NCBI GenBank assembly: GCA_038231275.1 | Contig: JBBRLQ010000003.1 | Coordinates: 108,340-172,339 of the forward strand | Length of the DNA: 64,000 nucleotides | Direction: 5' to 3' | Source of the DNA: Polyangiales bacterium | GTDB lineage: Bacteria > Myxococcota_A > Polyangia > Polyangiales > Polyangiaceae | Shown here: piece by piece, positions 60,592-64,000 of the stretch | Numbering within the stretch: position 1 is the stretch's first letter | Layout: each line of letters begins with the position of its first letter | Program-made: the position numbers and the translations under genes | Notes under the pieces: model-generated | Seen by the model: only the letters and a program-made list of their open reading frames with translations | What the model was told of the DNA's origin: nothing | Databases searched by the model: none

Positions 60592-61815
60592 ATGAAGAGC
60601 GCGCTGTTTCTTGGCTTGGCCCCCGCTGTCCTCGTCGCCCTCGCTGCGGCGGCGGGCTGCGGATCGACGTCTACGAACAACCCCGTCGCGGGGAGCGACT
60701 CCGGCGACGACGGTTCCTCCGCGATCGACGGAGGCGCCGACACGAACGCGCCGGCCGACGGCAGCGGCGGCGAGGCCAGCACCGACCCGGGCTCCGACGC
60801 GGGCCCGATCACCGGGGTGACCGACAAGACGTGGACCTGGATCCCCTTCAGCGACACGCAGTGCCGCGACGGCTCGGAGACCGGCGTCGCCGTGAACCTG
60901 AACCCCGCGTCGACGAAGGTGATGATCTACCTCGAGGGCGGCGGCGCCTGCTTCAACACGATCACGTGCGGCGGCAATCCATCGAAGTTCGGCGCCCCCG
61001 AGTTCGACAAGTGGAAAAATCGGACGTTCCACGGCGTCATGGATCGGACTGACGCGTCCAGCGCCGTGAAGGACTGGAACATCGTCTACGTGCCGTACTG
61101 CACCGGCGATGTCCACGCCGGAAATAACCCCGCGGGCGCAGTCCCGGGCACGACGCTCACCCAGGCGTTCGTCGGCTACGCGAACGTCGGCAAATTCCTG
61201 AAGCGCCTCGTGCCGACCTTCACGACCGCCACCCAAGTCCTCCTCACCGGCGTGAGCGCCGGCGGCTTCGGCGCCGCGGCGAACTACGATCAGGTCGCGA
61301 AGGCCTTTGGCAACGTCCCCGTCGACATGCTCGACGACTCCGGACCGCTGATGGAAGATCCGTACGTCGCGCAATGCCTTCAGGACAGCTTCAAGACGCT
61401 GTGGGGCCTCGACACCACCGTCGCGTCGGCGTGCGGCGCCGATTGCACCGGCAACCCGAACTTCATGCTCGGCTACCTCGGCCACATCGCGAAGACCTAC
61501 CCGGCGCGAAAATTCGGCCTCATCGAGTCCACGGCCGACGGAACGATCACCAACTTCTTCGGCTTCGGCGCGAGCAACTGCACCGGGTTTACTCCGGTCC
61601 CGGCGGCCACGTTCGAGGCGGGGCTCCAGGACATCCGCGCGAAGCTCGCCGCCAGCCCGAACTTCGGGGCGTTCTATTTCCCGGGCAACGCGCACACGAC
61701 GCTCGGATCGGCCGAGCTCGACACGCGCAGCACCGCGGCCGAGGCGGGCACCGTGAAGCTGAGCGACTGGGTCACCGCGTTCGTCGGCGGCACGGTCACC
61801 AACGTCGGCCCCTGA
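60592..61815 (+). CDS. pectin acetylesterase (PAE/Notum-like) family esterase, lipoprotein
   Basis: It has a lipobox (LAAAAGC). Family motifs are present (YLEGGGACFN, VYVPYCTGDVHAG, LLTGVSAGGFGA). Confidence 0.8.
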   Translation: MKSALFLGLAPAVLVALAAAAGCGSTSTNNPVAGSDSGDDGSSAIDGGADTNAPADGSGGEASTDPGSDAGPITGVTDKTWTWIPFSDTQCRDGSETGVAVNLNPASTKVMIYLEGGGACFNTITCGGNPSKFGAPEFDKWKNRTFHGVMDRTDASSAVKDWNIVYVPYCTGDVHAGNNPAGAVPGTTLTQAFVGYANVGKFLKRLVPTFTTATQVLLTGVSAGGFGAAANYDQVAKAFGNVPVDMLDDSGPLMEDPYVAQCLQDSFKTLWGLDTTVASACGADCTGNPNFMLGYLGHIAKTYPARKFGLIESTADGTITNFFGFGASNCTGFTPVPAATFEAGLQDIRAKLAASPNFGAFYFPGNAHTTLGSAELDTRSTAAEAGTVKLSDWVTAFVGGTVTNVGP

Positions 61816-61848
61816 GACTTCTCCCCCGCGGGCGCGCGGAGGGCGCGA

Positions 61849-62844
61849 TCATCGTCGCGCGTGGCGGACGCGGTCGAGGGCGACGGCGACGACGATGATC
61901 ACGCCGGTCGCGATCTCCTCCACCCAGTTCGGTAGCCCCATGTGCGTGCTGCCGGTCTTGATCACCGTCATGAGGAACGCGCCGATCAGCGCGCCGGGGA
62001 TCGAGCCCTCGCCGCCCGACAGCGAGCCGCCGCCGATGACCACCGCGGCGATCGCCTCGAGCTCGAGGCCCACCGAGTCGGTCGGATCGCCGACGGTGAG
62101 CGTCGAAAACTCCATCACGCCGGCGAGGCCGGTCAGCGCCGCCGCGAGCGCGTAGACGGTGACCTTCACGCGATCGACGGCGACGCCGCACAGGCGCGCG
62201 GTCTGCTCGTTGGATCCGATCGCGACGATGTGACGGCCGAGGCGCGTGTAGCGAAGGAGGCACGCCGCGGCCACCGCGACGACGATCGCCGCCCACACAC
62301 CCGGGGGCATCACCATCCAGCGCTTTCCCTCAGGCAGCGCGGAGAGGAGCGTGTCGAGGCCGCGCGCGTCGGCGTCGATCTTCTGCTCCTTCGCGATGCC
62401 CTTGGCCGCGCCGCGAAGGATGCTCATCGCGCCCAAGGTCACGATGAAAGGCGCGACGCGGAGGCGCGTGACGAGGAGGCCGCTCACCGTCCCGCACGCG
62501 GCCGTCGCCGCGATCCCGCCGAGCGATGCCGTGAGCGGCCCCGCGCCCGACTTGAGGAGCGACGCGATCACGACGGTGGTGAGCGCGACCTGCGAGCCGA
62601 CGGAGAGATCGATCCCGCCGAGCACGATGATGAGCGTCATGCCGATCGCAGTGATGCCCACCACGACGGTCTGCCGAGCCATCGTCGCCAGCGTGTCCGT
62701 CGACGCGAACGTGTCGGGTCGAAGGACCGCGAAGAGTGCGTAGACGAAGATCAGCGCCGCCAGCGGTCCCAGCCAGGGATACCGCGAGATGGCGCCTCGA
62801 AGGACGCGGGCGACGCTCTGGTCCGTCGCCCGCTCTGACGTCAC
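61849..62844 (-). CDS. ABC transporter permease, ribose/monosaccharide (RbsC/AraH, BPD_transp_2) type
   Basis: It is a polytopic protein colinear with RbsC-type permeases (GGIDLSVGS, IVAIGSNEQTARLCGV, GGGSLSGGEGS). The GTG start overlaps the upstream stop (GTGA at 62841-62844). Confidence 0.88.
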   Translation of the reverse strand: MTSERATDQSVARVLRGAISRYPWLGPLAALIFVYALFAVLRPDTFASTDTLATMARQTVVVGITAIGMTLIIVLGGIDLSVGSQVALTTVVIASLLKSGAGPLTASLGGIAATAACGTVSGLLVTRLRVAPFIVTLGAMSILRGAAKGIAKEQKIDADARGLDTLLSALPEGKRWMVMPPGVWAAIVVAVAAACLLRYTRLGRHIVAIGSNEQTARLCGVAVDRVKVTVYALAAALTGLAGVMEFSTLTVGDPTDSVGLELEAIAAVVIGGGSLSGGEGSIPGALIGAFLMTVIKTGSTHMGLPNWVEEIATGVIIVVAVALDRVRHARR

Positions 62845-63560
62845 TTCCCGCCGTCCGCAGCCTTGGGCTTGCCCGCGTCGGCCGCGCCGCCGCCGCCGCC
62901 CGCGTCCGTCGCCTTGGGCGCGCCGGCGTCTTGCGGGAGCGTGGACACGCAGTACTGCACGGTCTTGCCCTCGGCGTTCGGGCCCTCGCCTGTGCACGCG
63001 GAGTGCTCGGGGCAGGCGGCGGTGTTCGTCGCCGAGCAGGACTTCTCGCATTTGGTGCCGGTCTCGTGCGGGACGCAGACGTTGGCGCCGCCGCAGTCCT
63101 TGTCGGTCTTGCACTTCTGCGCCGTCGCGGCGGCCGCCTTGAACGCAGCCTCGACGACCCAGCCCATGAGCCGCTCGTCGGACTTCTTGGGGTTGGCGAA
63201 CGTGATGAGGACCTGGCCTTCGTGTGACGCGACCTTGGTCACCTCGGTGCCGCGGGGCAGGCGCGCGACCCACTCGCCGTTCGGCGGGGATTTACGAGCG
63301 ATCGTGAGGGGCGCCTCGGTCTTGACGACCTCGTTGGCGATCTTCGTCTCGTCGCCGAAGCGGGCGATCTCGTTGACGTTGGTCGCGTCGGGGGTCGACG
63401 GTCCGCTGTCGACCTCGGCCACCGGGCCGTCGGTCGTTGCGTCGGAGGAGGCGTCTCCTCCGTCGCCTTTCTTCTTGGGACACCCCGCAAGACCGAGGAC
63501 GAGGGCGAGGAGGAGGGAGAGCGCGGGGGCCACGTTTCGCATGGCCATCGGGAGTATCAC
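62841..63560 (-). CDS. lipoprotein with SH3-like middle part and Cys-rich C-terminal module
   Basis: It has a lipobox (LGLAGC). The Cys-rich segment reads CKTDKDCGGANVCVP...CEKSC...CPEHSACTG. The start could be GTG 63560 or ATG 63548/63542. Confidence 0.6.
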   Translation of the reverse strand: MILPMAMRNVAPALSLLLALVLGLAGCPKKKGDGGDASSDATTDGPVAEVDSGPSTPDATNVNEIARFGDETKIANEVVKTEAPLTIARKSPPNGEWVARLPRGTEVTKVASHEGQVLITFANPKKSDERLMGWVVEAAFKAAAATAQKCKTDKDCGGANVCVPHETGTKCEKSCSATNTAACPEHSACTGEGPNAEGKTVQYCVSTLPQDAGAPKATDAGGGGGAADAGKPKAADGGK

Positions 63561-63679
63561 ACCGGGCGAGGAGCATGCCAGCTGGTCAGGTTGCCCGGTC
63601 GACCTTAAATGAAAAGGGCAACGGAAGGTGCAGGAGAAGCAAGAAGAAACAACACGAACTAGAAGGAGAGAACGAAGGC

Positions 63680-64000
63680 ATGACGATTCAAAAGGGGCTC
63701 GCGCGCGCGCGGCTCCTGGTTCGGCAGAACAAGATCGCGTTGGGGTTGCTCGTCGCCTGGTTCGGCGCGAGCTTCGTCGGGTTCGTGGCGCTGGGGCATG
63801 CGCCCCGAGAGGCGGCGCAGATCGTCGCCTTCGCGCGGACCGATGGGACGTCGTGGGGGGTCTTCTACAAGAACTTCAGCGACATGGTCGTCTTCGGCGC
63901 GCTGGTCGGGGTGCTGGTGAGCGAGGCCGGTCGAAAGTACAAGCCCGAGGAGACGGCGCGTCTCTTCGCGGCGCGCGCGAGCGGGCACGTCGTCATCGTC
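63680..64000 (+). CDS. partial CDS (runs off the window): membrane protein, probably ion-channel/TrkA-N (RCK)-type
   Basis: ATG at 63680 is preceded by AAGGAGAG. The translation MTIQKGLARARLL...LGLLVAWFGASFVGFVAL...MVVFGALVGVLV...SGHVVIV has two TM helices and ends where a Rossmann GxGxxG motif would begin. It is absent from the ORF track because there is no stop in the window. Confidence 0.5.
   Translation, partial: MTIQKGLARARLLVRQNKIALGLLVAWFGASFVGFVALGHAPREAAQIVAFARTDGTSWGVFYKNFSDMVVFGALVGVLVSEAGRKYKPEETARLFAARASGHVVIV

Noticed and set aside
61815-61849. GC-rich imperfect hairpin (CCGCG-GGCG-CGCGG) between the convergent esterase and permease genes as a bidirectional terminator
   Set aside because: It has only a 5-bp perfect stem with mismatched extensions and no flanking A/T tracts, which is too weak to call.

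Overview
By eye this is a roughly 70% GC chromosomal segment that looks myxobacterial (Myxococcota, Sorangiineae-like; inferred from content, not searched). The reasons are four eukaryote-like Ser/Thr kinases, an FHA-sigma54 activator, VIT-vWA proteins and many Cys-rich lipoproteins with AgmX/PglI-type C-termini. I can support 42 protein-coding genes, including fumC and acnA, plus one probable pseudogene: a PHP-family gene split by an in-frame TAG. I found no rRNA, tRNA, CRISPR array or recognisable transposase. Several junctions overlap by 4 nt (GTGA/ATGA) and one by 1 nt, which argues for small operons. The most unusual locus is 27.7-36.2 kb. A co-directional string of octaheme cytochrome c lipoprotein, unknown 413-aa protein and a full-length homologue of the eukaryotic major vault protein (MVP, 30990-33011) ends in a tandem 29/30-nt duplication spanning the stop codon and a GC-rich hairpin. 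It is followed by about 3.2 kb with no credible ORF and visibly lower GC. That tract ends in a ~41% GC island (my hand count) with three phased DnaA-box-like 11-mers and a 14-bp perfect palindrome. Other loci worth a second look are a kinase/truncated-Hsp70/J-domain pseudo-receiver operon (14-5693), a kinase-STAND/kinase-WD40/FHA-sigma54 module (37.4-46.0 kb) and a divergent kinase/vWA/FecR-VIT-vWA-TPR cluster (49.6-57.7 kb). All family calls rest on motif recognition by eye; no database search or computation was run.
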